A program made the translations under genes and the position numbers. Source: an uncultured Actinomycetes bacterium (GTDB lineage: Bacteria > Actinomycetota > UBA4738 > HRBIN12). Taken from it: DNA of 64,000 nucleotides. Of the stretch, positions 9,403 through 19,402 are shown piece by piece; position 1 is the stretch's first letter, and each line of letters starts with the position of its first letter. Under the pieces are notes generated by a model. That model made no database searches. It was not told where the DNA came from and saw nothing but the letters and a program-made list of their open reading frames with translations. The stretch lies in the NCBI GenBank assembly GCA_963825635.1, contig CAWGTU010000003.1, positions 779,812 to 843,811 of the forward strand, in the 5' to 3' direction.

Positions 9403-9468
9403 CGCGTGAGGAGCCTACGCTCCCCGGTGGTCTGGCCGGCCATCGTCGACACTCCCGTGTGTGGGAGC

Positions 9469-11028
9469 ATGCGGAACGTGAGCGTGGTCTTCGACCCTGC
9501 ACCCGACGATCGGCCCTTCGCCGTCGTCGACCTCGGCTCGAACTCCGGACGCATGATCGTGTTCCGGCTCCGCCAGGGGGAGCATCTCGACGTGATCGAG
9601 GACGCGCGGGCACCGCTTCGTCTCGCCCGCGAGCTCCGGGACTCAGACCGACTCGGGCCCGATGCGATCGAGCGCACGCTCGAGGCGCTCCGCGACTTCG
9701 TCGCGGTCGCCAAAGGCGCCGGCGCGTCGCAGATGATCGCCGTGGCGACCTCGGCCGTGCGTGACGCGGCCGACGGGCACGAGCTGATCGAACGGGCGCA
9801 TCGGCTCGGCGTTCCGCTGCAGACGATCGACGGCGAGCACGAGGCGATGCTCGGGTTCTTCGGGGCGGTGCACGACCTGCCGGTGACGAGCGGGTTCACG
9901 TTCGACGTCGGCGGGGGCAGCGCGGAGATCTCGTCGTTCCGCGACCGACGGCTCGTGCGCTCGTGGTCGATGCCGCTCGGGTCGCTCCGCGTGAGCGATG
10001 CCTTCCTCGCATCCGACCCGCCCGCCGATCACGAGATCAGGGCACTGCGCAAGTCGGTGAAGTCGTCGATCGCCGAGGCAGGGATCACCGAACTCCGCTC
10101 GAATGACCAGCTCGTGGGTATCGGCGGCACGGTACGCAACCTCGCGAAGGTCGACCTGCGACGCACCGACTACCCGCTTCCACTCCTGCACGGGTACCGG
10201 CTCGCCGAGCGACGCCTCGCGGCCGTGATCGAGGAGCTCGCCGGGCGTACGATGAAACGACGGGCGCAGGTGCCCGGGCTGAACCCCGACCGATCCGACA
10301 CGATCGTCGGTGGCGCCCTCGTGATCCAGGGCATCGCGAAGCAACTCGGGGCCAGCGAGATCATCGTCTCCAGCCGCGGGCTCCGAGAGGGCCTCGCCCT
10401 GGCGACTGCCGGGGCGACCGCCCCGTCGCCTGAATGGGTTCGGTCGATCTCCGTGGCGACCCTCGCGGCGCGGTTCCGGACATGGAACGCTGCGGCGGCT
10501 GAACGGCGCACCGGTCTCGCGGCCGACCTGATCCAGGCGCTCGACCCCTCCACACCGTCGCGCCAGCGCGAGATGCTGATGCACGCGGCTACCCTGCTCG
10601 ACATCGGACGGGCGATCGACTACTACGACCGTTTCGAGCACGCGGCCAACATCGTGATCGCCGCGGACCTCGCCGGGTTCTCCCACGCCGATCTGGGGGC
10701 GCTCACCGCGATCCTGCGCCAGGCCGACGACGACACGCGACTCGGACCGTACGGCCGGCTCGTGCCCGACGATGACCGGCCGGCGGTGTTGAGAGCGGCG
10801 ACCGCGCTCGCCCTCGCCGACGAACTGAACCGCCGGATCCCCCCGGGTGCGCCGTCACCGATCTCCTGCAACTGGATGCGCGGGGGCTTCGAGGTGGTCG
10901 CTCCCGTGCCGAGCGGGTGGCGTCCGCGCGGCGTGGCCCACCGGTTCCGGACCGTCTTCGATGCCGAACTGCTCGTGGTCGCGAACGAGTCAGCGCCTGG
11001 CCTCGCGCCGGTGCTCGAGCCCGACTGA
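9469..11028 (+). CDS. Ppx/GppA family phosphatase with C-terminal HD domain
   Basis: N-terminal actin-like ATPase fold motif AVVDLGSNSGRMIV and ...GIGGTVRNLAKV. A C-terminal HD-like region is present (LLDIGRAIDYYDRFEHAANIV). Start chosen at ATG 9469 (MRNVSVV). Confidence 0.75.
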   Translation: MRNVSVVFDPAPDDRPFAVVDLGSNSGRMIVFRLRQGEHLDVIEDARAPLRLARELRDSDRLGPDAIERTLEALRDFVAVAKGAGASQMIAVATSAVRDAADGHELIERAHRLGVPLQTIDGEHEAMLGFFGAVHDLPVTSGFTFDVGGGSAEISSFRDRRLVRSWSMPLGSLRVSDAFLASDPPADHEIRALRKSVKSSIAEAGITELRSNDQLVGIGGTVRNLAKVDLRRTDYPLPLLHGYRLAERRLAAVIEELAGRTMKRRAQVPGLNPDRSDTIVGGALVIQGIAKQLGASEIIVSSRGLREGLALATAGATAPSPEWVRSISVATLAARFRTWNAAAAERRTGLAADLIQALDPSTPSRQREMLMHAATLLDIGRAIDYYDRFEHAANIVIAADLAGFSHADLGALTAILRQADDDTRLGPYGRLVPDDDRPAVLRAATALALADELNRRIPPGAPSPISCNWMRGGFEVVAPVPSGWRPRGVAHRFRTVFDAELLVVANESAPGLAPVLEPD

Positions 11029-12138
11029 GCCGCGATCGACCGGACCCCGGTTGCCGGCCCCGTCGGACGGGAGCCAGCACTCCACCGTCGTTCCTGCATC
11101 GGCCTCGCTCGAGATCCGACACCAACCTCCGACCAGCTCAGCCCGCTCGACCATGGTGGCGAGCCCGAGGTGCCCCGGCACGGGGGTCCCCACACCGTCC
11201 GTGTCGAAACCCGTTCCGTCGTCGGCGACCAGGATGGTCACCCCGTCGCCGGCTGTCGTGACGCGTACCGACACGTGCCGCGCATCGGCGTGCTTGCGAG
11301 CGTTGGCGACGGCTTCCTGCACGATGCGATAGAGCGCAGCCCGCAGCTCGGGATCCGGTTCACGGGTGAGCTCGTCGACCACCTGGTGGGTCCACCCGGT
11401 CTCCTTCGCCGCCCGCACGAGGTACTGGTCGATCGCCACGACCAGGCCCTCATGGTCCAAGGCCGCCGGCCGCAGCTCGAACACCAGCGATCGCAGCCGC
11501 TCGATCGATCCGCGCACGGTCGATCGCAGTTCGCCGAGGGCTGCTGTCGTGATCGTCTCGGGCTGCTGCGCCAGCATCGCGAGCCGAAGGTCGACCGCGC
11601 TCATCACCTGGATGGGATCGTCATGGATATCGGCGGCGATCCGGCGGCGCTCCTCCTCCTGCGCCGTCTCGATCTTCTGCGCGAGCTCGCGGCGCTGTTG
11701 GATCGTGCGGCGCAACACCTCGAGGCTCCACCGGAGCTTCTCCTCGGCCTCCTTCTCTGCGGTCACGTCGAGCATGATGCCCCGCCAGTACCTGGGTGCG
11801 CCGTGCTCGTCACGCACGAGGACCGCGTCGTCGCGGACCCACACGGTGCGCCCGTCCTTCGCGACGATGCGATACTCCGCGTGGAACGGCTCGCCGTCGC
11901 TGTTCGAGCGCTCGTTCTCCGCACGGACCGGGTCGACGTCGTCGGGATGCACGATGCGCATCCACAGCTCCGGGTCCCCCCATTCCGCCTGCGTGTAACC
12001 GAGCAACACCTCGGCCTGCGGGCTCGTGTAGAAGTTCGTGGAGAATTCGTCGGGGCGATCGAGATAGAGGATCGCGGGGATCCCCTCCACCAACTCCCGG
12101 TAGTCCTCGAAGAAGGGGCCGCCGGGCTCGTCGTGCAT
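10990..12138 (-). CDS. PAS-domain sensor histidine kinase (HisKA_3/NarL-type), orphan
   Basis: N-terminal PAS region, H-box IAADIHDDPIQ, and an HATPase_c region (ILVADDGTGFD...GLATMVERAELVGG). No adjacent response regulator. The 3' end overlaps the convergent Ppx gene by 39 nt. Confidence 0.8.
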   Translation of the reverse strand: MHDEPGGPFFEDYRELVEGIPAILYLDRPDEFSTNFYTSPQAEVLLGYTQAEWGDPELWMRIVHPDDVDPVRAENERSNSDGEPFHAEYRIVAKDGRTVWVRDDAVLVRDEHGAPRYWRGIMLDVTAEKEAEEKLRWSLEVLRRTIQQRRELAQKIETAQEEERRRIAADIHDDPIQVMSAVDLRLAMLAQQPETITTAALGELRSTVRGSIERLRSLVFELRPAALDHEGLVVAIDQYLVRAAKETGWTHQVVDELTREPDPELRAALYRIVQEAVANARKHADARHVSVRVTTAGDGVTILVADDGTGFDTDGVGTPVPGHLGLATMVERAELVGGWCRISSEADAGTTVECWLPSDGAGNRGPVDRGSVGLEHRREARR

Positions 12139-12145
12139 CGGCTCG

Positions 12146-13306
12146 TCAGACCCTCGAGATCAACCCCGCGAGGAGAGCGACGCGGGGCACCACGCTCGTC
12201 AGGTCGAGCCACTCGGCCGGTGCGTGGTCGTCGCCGCCGACCGGGCCGAGACCGTCGATCGTCGGCGTGCCGGCCGCGCTCGTCGTGTTCGCATCGCTCG
12301 CACCACCCGTCGCGGCATCGCGTAGCTCGAACCCGAGCTCCGAGGCGAGGTCGATCGCCAGCGCCGCGAGACGCGCGCCGCCTTCCCTCTTCTCCATCGG
12401 ACGATGCCATCCGTCACCGTCGACGCGCACGGTCACGCCGCTCACGCCATGGTCGGTGCAGATGCGAGCGATCTCGGCTTCGGCCTCCTCGAGGCTGGCG
12501 AGCTCGGGCGACCGCAGGTCGACCTGGAGCATGCACCGTTCGGGCACGACGTTCGTGCGGGTGCCACCGCGCGCGACCCCGACGTTCACCGTCACCCCGG
12601 GCCATCGGCCGTTCAGCGCCTGCATCGCGACCGTAGCGTTCGCGGCGGCGAGCACCGCGTTCGCGCCTTTCTCGGGCTCGACACCGGCGTGGGCCGCGCG
12701 GCCGACGAACTCGATCGAGTAGTCCGTGATGCCCTTCCTGGCGCTCACGATGTCGCCGTTGGCCCTGGCCCCTTCCAGAACGAACGCCGCATCGTGCGCG
12801 GGAGCGAGCTCACGGATCACCGGCCCCGACATCGGCGAGCCGATCTCCTCGTCGGGATTGCACACGTAGGTGATGCGTCCGAAGCCGTCGAACCCGGCAT
12901 CCTGCAGCACGTCGACCGCGTGGAACCCTGTGAGGAGGCCACCCTTCATGTCCGACACGCCGGGCCCGCGCGCGAGATCTCCCTCGATCCGGAACGGTCG
13001 CTCGGCGACGGTCCCCTCGTCGAACACGGTGTCCATGTGCCCGACGAGCAGCACGTTCGGTCCCCCGCCACCTTCGAGGGAGCCGATCACGAGGTCGCCG
13101 AGCCTGGGTTCGCCGCCCTGCGGCTCGTGCGATCGGCGCTCGACCGACCACCCGCGCGCATCCATCCGCGCCTCGCAGAGATCGGCGATCGCGTTCACTC
13201 CATCGGGCGTGTAGGACCCGCAGTCGACGTTGACCATCTGCCTGAGCTCGGCGACGAACGCCTCGTACCGGGAAGCGGCGAGATCCCGCAACGCATGGAT
13301 GTCCAT
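12146..13306 (-). CDS. M20 family metallopeptidase (ArgE/DapE/CPG2-like)
   Basis: Motifs LLVGHMDTV and ...GVSDMKGG are typical of M20 dimetal peptidases. Start placed at MDIHALRDL (ATG 13306) rather than the longer RBS-less ORF. Confidence 0.75.
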   Translation of the reverse strand: MDIHALRDLAASRYEAFVAELRQMVNVDCGSYTPDGVNAIADLCEARMDARGWSVERRSHEPQGGEPRLGDLVIGSLEGGGGPNVLLVGHMDTVFDEGTVAERPFRIEGDLARGPGVSDMKGGLLTGFHAVDVLQDAGFDGFGRITYVCNPDEEIGSPMSGPVIRELAPAHDAAFVLEGARANGDIVSARKGITDYSIEFVGRAAHAGVEPEKGANAVLAAANATVAMQALNGRWPGVTVNVGVARGGTRTNVVPERCMLQVDLRSPELASLEEAEAEIARICTDHGVSGVTVRVDGDGWHRPMEKREGGARLAALAIDLASELGFELRDAATGGASDANTTSAAGTPTIDGLGPVGGDDHAPAEWLDLTSVVPRVALLAGLISRV

Positions 13307-13351
13307 GCGGCTGACGCTAGCATGGCCGCCTCTCGGCGAGCAGGGGGATCC

Positions 13352-14474
13352 ATGACCAGGGACGGGCTCGGAGCGGTGATCGGTCACCGAGGCGCCGTGA
13401 TCCGGATCGAGCCGATCGTGGTCGACGACCCGGGACCAGGCGAAGTGCTCGTGAGGCTCGCCGCGAGCGGCGTGTGTCACAGCGACGTCTGGGCGATCGA
13501 GAACGGGAACTGGGGCGCCCCCTGGCCGATGCTGCTCGGTCACGAGGGGGCCGGCGTCGTCGAGGCCGTCGGCAACGGGGTCACGTCAGTCGCCGCCGGC
13601 GATCGAGTCGTCCTCACCTGGGCGGTGCCGTGCGGACGGTGCCGACAGTGCCTTCGGGGCGCGCCGCGCCGATGCGGGCACGAACTGCACCAGCCGCCGC
13701 GCATCCATCGCGCCGACAGGGCAGGTGCTCACCGGCGTTCTCCAGTGCGGCACGCTCGCGACCCACACCGTGGTGACGGAACCTCAGGTCGTCCCGATGC
13801 CCGATGCCCTCGCCCTCTCCCGTGCCTGCCTGTTGGGCTGTGGCGTCTCGACCGGCATCGGGGCCGCGGTCCAGACCGCGCGGGTCTGGCCGGGCGCGAC
13901 CGTCGCGGTGATCGGCCTGGGGGGCATCGGCCTCGCGGCCCTGCAGGGGGCACGGATCGCCGGCGCGGCGAGGGTGATCGCGATCGACGTCGTGCCGGCG
14001 AAGCTCGAGTGGGCTGTCGGGTTCGGCGCCACCGACACCGTCGACGCGTCGGCAGGCGACCCCGTCGAGGCGGTTCGCCGGCTGACCGGCGGCGAAGGCG
14101 TCGACGTGGCCATCGAGGCGGTCGGACGCCCCGAGTGCGTGCGACAGGCGGTGGAGATGTTGGGCTTCGCAGGTACCGCCGTCGCGATCGGCGTGCCCCC
14201 CGTGCCGAGCGAGGTCACGCTCGCATGGAACGGCTCGGACCGTGCCGCGTACCCGCACAAGGTGAACCTGCTCGTCACCGACGGCGGCGACCCGATCCCG
14301 CAGGAGGACTTCCCGCGGATGGCGGCGTGGGCGATCGAGGGTTCCCTGGATCTCGATGCGATGGTGACCCGCGAGATCGCCCTGACCGAGGACGACCTGA
14401 ACGACGCGGTGCGGGCGATGCTGAAGGGCGAGGTGATCCGGTCCGTGGTCGTCTTCCCCGGTGTCGACGGCTGA
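13352..14474 (+). pseudogene. Zn-dependent alcohol dehydrogenase (MDR family), apparent +1 frameshift
   Basis: N-terminal part in frame 2 carries the catalytic GHEGAG and structural-Zn CGRCRQC...RRC motifs. The Rossmann/C-terminal part (VIGLGGIGLAALQGA... to the stop at 14474) is in frame 0. The frames meet at a GGG run (about 13676-13678); deleting one G restores C-x2-C-x2-C-x7-C followed by GTNCT... Confidence 0.7.
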
Positions 14475-14530
14475 GCGGCGCGGCCGGGAACCGGACGACT
14501 CGGTAGCATCCGCGCGTGCGCGGGAGCGAG

Positions 14531-15178
14531 ATGAACTGGATCTGGATGATCGGCGCGCCGCTGGTCCGCGCCGTCATGTCGATCGTCTTCAGGATCCGCA
14601 TCGAGGGGATCGAGCACGTCCCTCGAAGCGGCGCCGTGATCCTGGCGCCGAACCACCTCAGCGTGCTCGACGGCCCGGCGGTCTCGGCCGTCACGGGCAC
14701 CCACCGGTGGCGAGCGACCCGCAACCTGATCGCAGCCGAGGTCTTCAGTGGAGCCATCGGGTGGATCCTCGTGCAGGCACGGCAGGTCCCCATCCGGCGT
14801 GGCACCGGGGACACGGGAGCCCTCGACGAAGCGGTGGCCGCCGCCGAGAGCGGCTCATGCGTCGGCATCTTCCCCGAGGGCCGTGTGAACGACGATCCTG
14901 AGGACGGGCTCCAGCGAATCCGCTCGGGGGTCACGCGTATCGCGATCCCGTCCGGTGCACCCGTCGTGCCGGTGGGGATCTGGGGGACGCACGAGGTCTG
15001 GCCGCGGTCCGGACTCGACCGGACGTCGCTCCTCCGGCGCCACACGTTAGCGCTCGTGTACGGCGAGGCGGTCAGAGCCCGCCCCGATGAGTCTCCGGGT
15101 GAGTTCCGCGAGCGCTACCGCGAAGCGCTCGAGGTCGCCGTCTCACGCGCGCGCACGATCGCCGACCGGCGCGCGTGA
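14531..15178 (+). CDS. 1-acyl-sn-glycerol-3-phosphate acyltransferase (PlsC/LPLAT family)
   Basis: Acyltransferase motif I NHLSVLDGP and motif III FPEGRV are present. GGGAG RBS precedes ATG 14531. Confidence 0.75.
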   Translation: MNWIWMIGAPLVRAVMSIVFRIRIEGIEHVPRSGAVILAPNHLSVLDGPAVSAVTGTHRWRATRNLIAAEVFSGAIGWILVQARQVPIRRGTGDTGALDEAVAAAESGSCVGIFPEGRVNDDPEDGLQRIRSGVTRIAIPSGAPVVPVGIWGTHEVWPRSGLDRTSLLRRHTLALVYGEAVRARPDESPGEFRERYREALEVAVSRARTIADRRA

Positions 15179-15190
15179 ACCTCTGCCCGC

Positions 15191-16897
15191 TCAGGCGCGG
15201 GTCGTGATCTCCTCAGGGAGCCAGAACCAGCGGAGGTGCTCGAAGTCCTGACCGACGTCGAGCGGCGCCTCGCCCGAGCCAGGCGACGGGGCCGGAGCCG
15301 GCGACGCGGCGAACGCCGCTCGCGCCTCGTCGAGGTAGCCGGCCAGGGCCGACTCAGATGCCCGGTGGCGGTGGCCGGTGAACGTCATCCGGCCACCTGG
15401 ATACCGGACGTCGTCGAGCGACATCGGAGGTTCGGGCTGGCCGTCCACGTGGCGCCACATGCCCGTCACCGCGTCGAAGCGATATCGGGGGAGCAGCCTC
15501 CAACCGTGTGTCGCCACCATGTCCACCGCGTCGAGCACGTACTCGAACACGGTCTCGGTGATGAAGTAGTTGAAGTTCACCCGCACCCAGCCGGGCTTGA
15601 TGCCCTCGCACCCGCGGGCGATCTCGCGCTCGAACGCATGCGACGTCTCGGGGTCGATGCCGAGCAGCCGGTGGCCATAGGGGCCCGCACATGAACACCC
15701 TCCTCGCGCCTGGACACCGAACAGATCGTTCAGCACCGCGACCACGAAGTTGTGGTGGAGATACCGGTCCTGGTGCCGGACGACGAACGACACGATGGAG
15801 AGGCGTGGGAGGTCGTGGCTCCCGAGGATGTCGATCGCGGGGTTCTGCTCCCATCGATGCATCGCCCGATGGATGAACGACTCTTCGCGCTCCCGGATCA
15901 CCTCGGCCCCGACGGCGCGCTTCAGCTGGAAGACGAGACCCGCGCGGATCGATCCGACGATATCGGGGGTGCCACCCTCCTCCCGCCGTTCGATGTCGTC
16001 GAGGTACACGTGCTCTGTGGGGTTCACATAGGCGACCGTGCCGCCGCCGGGGACGCTCGGCACCCGGTTGCCGAAGAGCTCGCGTCGCGCCACCAGCACC
16101 CCGGGGGTGCCGGGCCCCCCGACGAATTTGTGCGGGGAGACGACGATCGCGTCGAGGGCGGCGAGCGCGTCGCCGCCCGGCGTCATCTCGATCTCGACGT
16201 AGGGCGCGGCGGCGGCATAGTCCCAGCAGGAGAGGGCACCGTGACGGCGCAGCAGGGACGAGAGCGCCCCGACGTCGGAGAGGATGCCGGTCACGTTCGA
16301 GGCTGCGGAGAAGCTCCCGATCTTCAGGGGGCGGTCGGCGTACTGGAGCAGTGAACGCTCGAGCGCCGCGAGGTCGATACGACCGTCGTGGTCCTCGGGC
16401 ACGGTCACGAGATCGGCGATCGACTCCCGCCACGGAAGGTCGTTCGAATGGTGCTCGTACGGTCCGATGAAGACCACCGGTCGTTCCGACGCCGGGATCC
16501 GTTCGAGCAGCGCGTACCGATCATCGAGCCCGGCGGGCAGCCGCAGTCCGAGGCAGTCGATCAGGGTGGCGATCGCTCCGGTCGACCCACTGCCGCAGAA
16601 GATCACGGCGTGGTCGCGCTCGTTCGCGCCGCACGCCTCGCCCACGGTGCGCCGCGCATCCTCACGGAACCGCGTCGTCTGCAGCCCGGTGCCGCTCGAC
16701 TCCGAGTGGGTGTTCGCGTAGAGCGGCAGCACGGTCTCGCGGATGAAATCCTCGATGAACGAGAGCGATCGCCCCGAGGCCGTGTAGTCGGCGTACGTGA
16801 CGCGTCGCACGCCGAAGGGAGTGGCGATCGCCTCGTCTTCCCCGATCACCGCCGACCTGATGGTGTCGATCAACGCGTCGTCACCCACGCGCGGCAT
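15191..16897 (-). CDS. aminotransferase class V-fold PLP-dependent enzyme (cysteine-desulfurase-like)
   Basis: 568 aa. AAT-V-like regions (ANTHSESSGTG, ...SPHKFVGGPGTPGVL) with a PLP-lysine context SPHKF. Confidence 0.7.
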   Translation of the reverse strand: MPRVGDDALIDTIRSAVIGEDEAIATPFGVRRVTYADYTASGRSLSFIEDFIRETVLPLYANTHSESSGTGLQTTRFREDARRTVGEACGANERDHAVIFCGSGSTGAIATLIDCLGLRLPAGLDDRYALLERIPASERPVVFIGPYEHHSNDLPWRESIADLVTVPEDHDGRIDLAALERSLLQYADRPLKIGSFSAASNVTGILSDVGALSSLLRRHGALSCWDYAAAAPYVEIEMTPGGDALAALDAIVVSPHKFVGGPGTPGVLVARRELFGNRVPSVPGGGTVAYVNPTEHVYLDDIERREEGGTPDIVGSIRAGLVFQLKRAVGAEVIREREESFIHRAMHRWEQNPAIDILGSHDLPRLSIVSFVVRHQDRYLHHNFVVAVLNDLFGVQARGGCSCAGPYGHRLLGIDPETSHAFEREIARGCEGIKPGWVRVNFNYFITETVFEYVLDAVDMVATHGWRLLPRYRFDAVTGMWRHVDGQPEPPMSLDDVRYPGGRMTFTGHRHRASESALAGYLDEARAAFAASPAPAPSPGSGEAPLDVGQDFEHLRWFWLPEEITTRA

Positions 16898-16928
16898 CGT
16901 AGCTCGCGGCGCCTGCAGGCCGACGCCC

Positions 16929-17936
16929 TCAGGCGCGCTGCTCGAGGCTGGTCAGCGAGGGCTGCCCCCGCTTGCGCCGGTACATCGACTCGTCGGCCTG
17001 ACGGAGCAGGGTGCGGGCGTCGTCGCCGTCGTACGGGAAGACACTCCAGCCGATGCTGGCCTGCATCCTGACGTCGCCCACGCGCAACCCGAAGGGCTGC
17101 TCGAGGGCCGACTCGATGCGATGCACCACGGCGATGATCGAAGCCTCGACGTTGGCGCCCGCGACACCCGGAGCGATATCGGTGAGGAGCACGATGAACT
17201 CGTCCCCGCTCTGACGCGCCACGAGGTCGGCATCGCGCACGACCGCCTTCAGCCGCACCGCCACCTGCTTGAGCACCTCGTCCCCCGTGTCGTGTCCGTG
17301 CACGTCGTTCACGGGCTTGAACCGGTCGAGGTCGAGGAAGAGGACGGCCACCGCCGAGCCCAGCCGCCTGGCCCTCGCGACGGCGACCACGAGATGCTCC
17401 TCGAGCATCGCCCGGTTCGGCAGGCCGGTGAGGTGGTCGTGGTGCGCCAGATGCTGCATCCGGAGCTCGGCCTCCTTCGTGGGCGTGATATCGAGCATCA
17501 CCCCCTGGATGTACAGCGGCTCGCCCCGTTCGTCGCGGATCGTCGACGATCGGTCGCTGACCCACACGACGCGGCCGTCCGGGCGCACGTACCGGTACTC
17601 ACCGGCCTCCGGTTGGCCGGTGCGCAGGTAGGACTCGTAGTCGAGACGGGAGCGCTCGCGGTCGTCCGGGTGGATCAGGTCGTCCCAGATGCCCTCGTCC
17701 GCGAGGAAGTCCGACGCCGGAACCCCCAGGAGCTCCTCGACGTAGGGGCTCATGTAGTACGTCGGGCCGTCCAGCCTCGGCGAGTACGTGTAGATGGCGG
17801 CGGGGAGCTGCTCGAGCAGTGCAGCGTACCGAGCCTCGGCCTCGTAGACGCGAGCCTCCGCCACGCGCAGACGTCGCTGCACGCCCTCGGTATCGGGCTC
17901 GTGGTGGCGTTCGTCGTCGCGCTGCGGCAACTGCAT
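16929..17936 (-). CDS. PAS domain-containing diguanylate cyclase (GGDEF)
   Basis: PAS region followed by GGDEF-domain motifs (HDHLTGLPNR, ...RQSGDEFIVLL). Confidence 0.8.
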   Translation of the reverse strand: MQLPQRDDERHHEPDTEGVQRRLRVAEARVYEAEARYAALLEQLPAAIYTYSPRLDGPTYYMSPYVEELLGVPASDFLADEGIWDDLIHPDDRERSRLDYESYLRTGQPEAGEYRYVRPDGRVVWVSDRSSTIRDERGEPLYIQGVMLDITPTKEAELRMQHLAHHDHLTGLPNRAMLEEHLVVAVARARRLGSAVAVLFLDLDRFKPVNDVHGHDTGDEVLKQVAVRLKAVVRDADLVARQSGDEFIVLLTDIAPGVAGANVEASIIAVVHRIESALEQPFGLRVGDVRMQASIGWSVFPYDGDDARTLLRQADESMYRRKRGQPSLTSLEQRA

Positions 17937-18009
17937 GGGCGCTCTCCTGGTCGAGGAGTCCTTCCCGTGGCCGGAGTATCGGCACGGCGCACCCGATGCC
18001 TGAGAACGC

Positions 18010-18037
18010 GACGAGCGGCCCCGAAGGGCCGCTCGTC
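18010..18037. terminator. perfect 12-bp inverted repeat hairpin downstream of the sigma-factor gene
   Basis: GACGAGCGGCCC-CGAA-GGGCCGCTCGTC lies between the sigma-factor stop (18060) and the next gene start (17936) on the minus strand. No U-tract, which is common in high-GC actinobacteria. Confidence 0.4.
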
Positions 18038-18059
18038 GGTTCGCAGGTGGGCGGCGGGG

Positions 18060-18992
18060 TTACCCGAGCGCCACCGCGTTGATCAGGTTCGAGTCGCGCA
18101 GCTTGCGCAGCGCCTCACGCTCGATCAGCCGTACACGCTCACCGGAGAGACCGAGCACCTTGCCGGTCTCGCGCAGGCTGAGCGGCTGCCCATTCTCCAG
18201 CCCGTACCGCAGCGCTACGACATGGCGCTCGCGCTCGTCGAGCACGCGATCGACGGCGCCTCCGATCTCCTCGCGGAGCAGGGCGTCCTCGACCTCGTTG
18301 AAAGCGGCGTCGGAGTCGACCTCCTCGATCAGATCGCCGAGCTCGGTGTCCTCGCCCACCGGCGATTGCAGCGACAACGGCTCACGGCGACCCATCTCGG
18401 TGAGGTCGTCGATCTCCTCGACCGTGGTGTCGAGCGCCTTGGCGAGCTCCTCGCGCGAGGGCTCGCGGCCCATCGACTGCGCGAACTGGAACCGCGTGCG
18501 GTTCAGCTTGCGCAGCCGGTCGTGGATGTGCACCGGCAGGCGGATCGAGCGCGAGCGGTCGGCGATCGCACGCGTGATGCCCTGACGGATCCACCACGTG
18601 GCGTAGGTCGAGAACTTGAACCCGCGACGCCAGTCGAACAGCTCGACCGCGCGCATCAGGCCGATGTTCCCTTCCTGGATCAGGTCGAGGAGCGGCAGAC
18701 CCTGTCCCTGGTACTTGCGGGCCACCGACACCACCAACCGCAGGTTGGCCATGATGAATCGCTGGCGCGCGGCCTCGGCCGTGCGCACATCACGGCGGGC
18801 CTTCGCGATGCTCTTCTCGGACCGCAGACGGCCGGCACGCAGGCGCTCTTCGGCCTCCTTGCCAGCCTCGATCGTCATGGCGAGCTCGACCTCTTCCTCT
18901 TTGGTGAGCAGCGGCTCGCGGGCCGCCGCCTCCAGGTAGAGGCGCAGGTCATCGGCGTCATCGGTCCCTAGGGGACGCGCTGGCTCCGGCAC
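18060..18992 (-). CDS. RNA polymerase sigma-70 family factor (group 2-like, SigB/HrdB-related)
   Basis: Region 2 ([16 protein letters not shown]), region 3 and region 4 ([29 protein letters not shown]) are present. A 410-nt leader lies upstream. Confidence 0.85.
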   Translation of the reverse strand: MPEPARPLGTDDADDLRLYLEAAAREPLLTKEEEVELAMTIEAGKEAEERLRAGRLRSEKSIAKARRDVRTAEAARQRFIMANLRLVVSVARKYQGQGLPLLDLIQEGNIGLMRAVELFDWRRGFKFSTYATWWIRQGITRAIADRSRSIRLPVHIHDRLRKLNRTRFQFAQSMGREPSREELAKALDTTVEEIDDLTEMGRREPLSLQSPVGEDTELGDLIEEVDSDAAFNEVEDALLREEIGGAVDRVLDERERHVVALRYGLENGQPLSLRETGKVLGLSGERVRLIEREALRKLRDSNLINAVALG

Positions 18993-19402
18993 TTCGTATC
19001 ACGCTCCTCCTCGAGGCCACTCGATCGCACGGGGCGACGTCGTCGGTCCTCGGGAACTCGGGTTCCTCGGTCGGTCGGGCGGTTCCGGCTGCAGGGGATC
19101 GAGGCGCGCGGAAAGAAACGCCTTGGCAGCCGCTCGTCGGTATGGTAGGGGGTTCGACTCGGGTTTGTAAAGCCGGGCGGGTGTGGAGGTCTCGTGAAGG
19201 CTGCCACGACCGCGTGATCTTGTCTCGGACGTGTCGGCCATCTCTTCCCCCCTCGCCCCGGCTCAGGTACCTGCTTCAACACCGTGAGCTGCGGAAACCT
19301 TCCCGTTCGTCCCGCTCTTCATTGGTCGTTCGACTCGCGAACGCTGCTGGATGTGCTGTTCCCGACACAGAGGCAGATCGCCGACATCGGTAGCCTTCCG
19401 GG

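Noticed and set aside
12404-14506. 700-aa plus-strand ORF spanning the M20 peptidase locus and the ADH gene
   Set aside because: Upstream of 13352 it is antisense to a well-supported M20 peptidase gene. Its Arg/Gly/Pro-rich translation is typical of out-of-frame or antisense reading of GC-rich DNA. Only the 13352.. portion is real (the ADH N-terminus).

Other ORFs rejected on the same grounds:
- 5122..6387
- 16797..18971
- 19998..21848
- 25726..28755
- 28367..31363
- 36611..37630
- 42383..43264
- 50142..51215
- 54773..56071
- 56404..57936
- 61150..62139
- the many 60-350 aa Arg-rich ORFs in the track
19140-19200. tRNA-like T-loop sequence GGTTCGACTCGGG in the sigma-factor leader
   Set aside because: The flanks do not form a T-stem or acceptor stem. 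No cloverleaf could be drawn.
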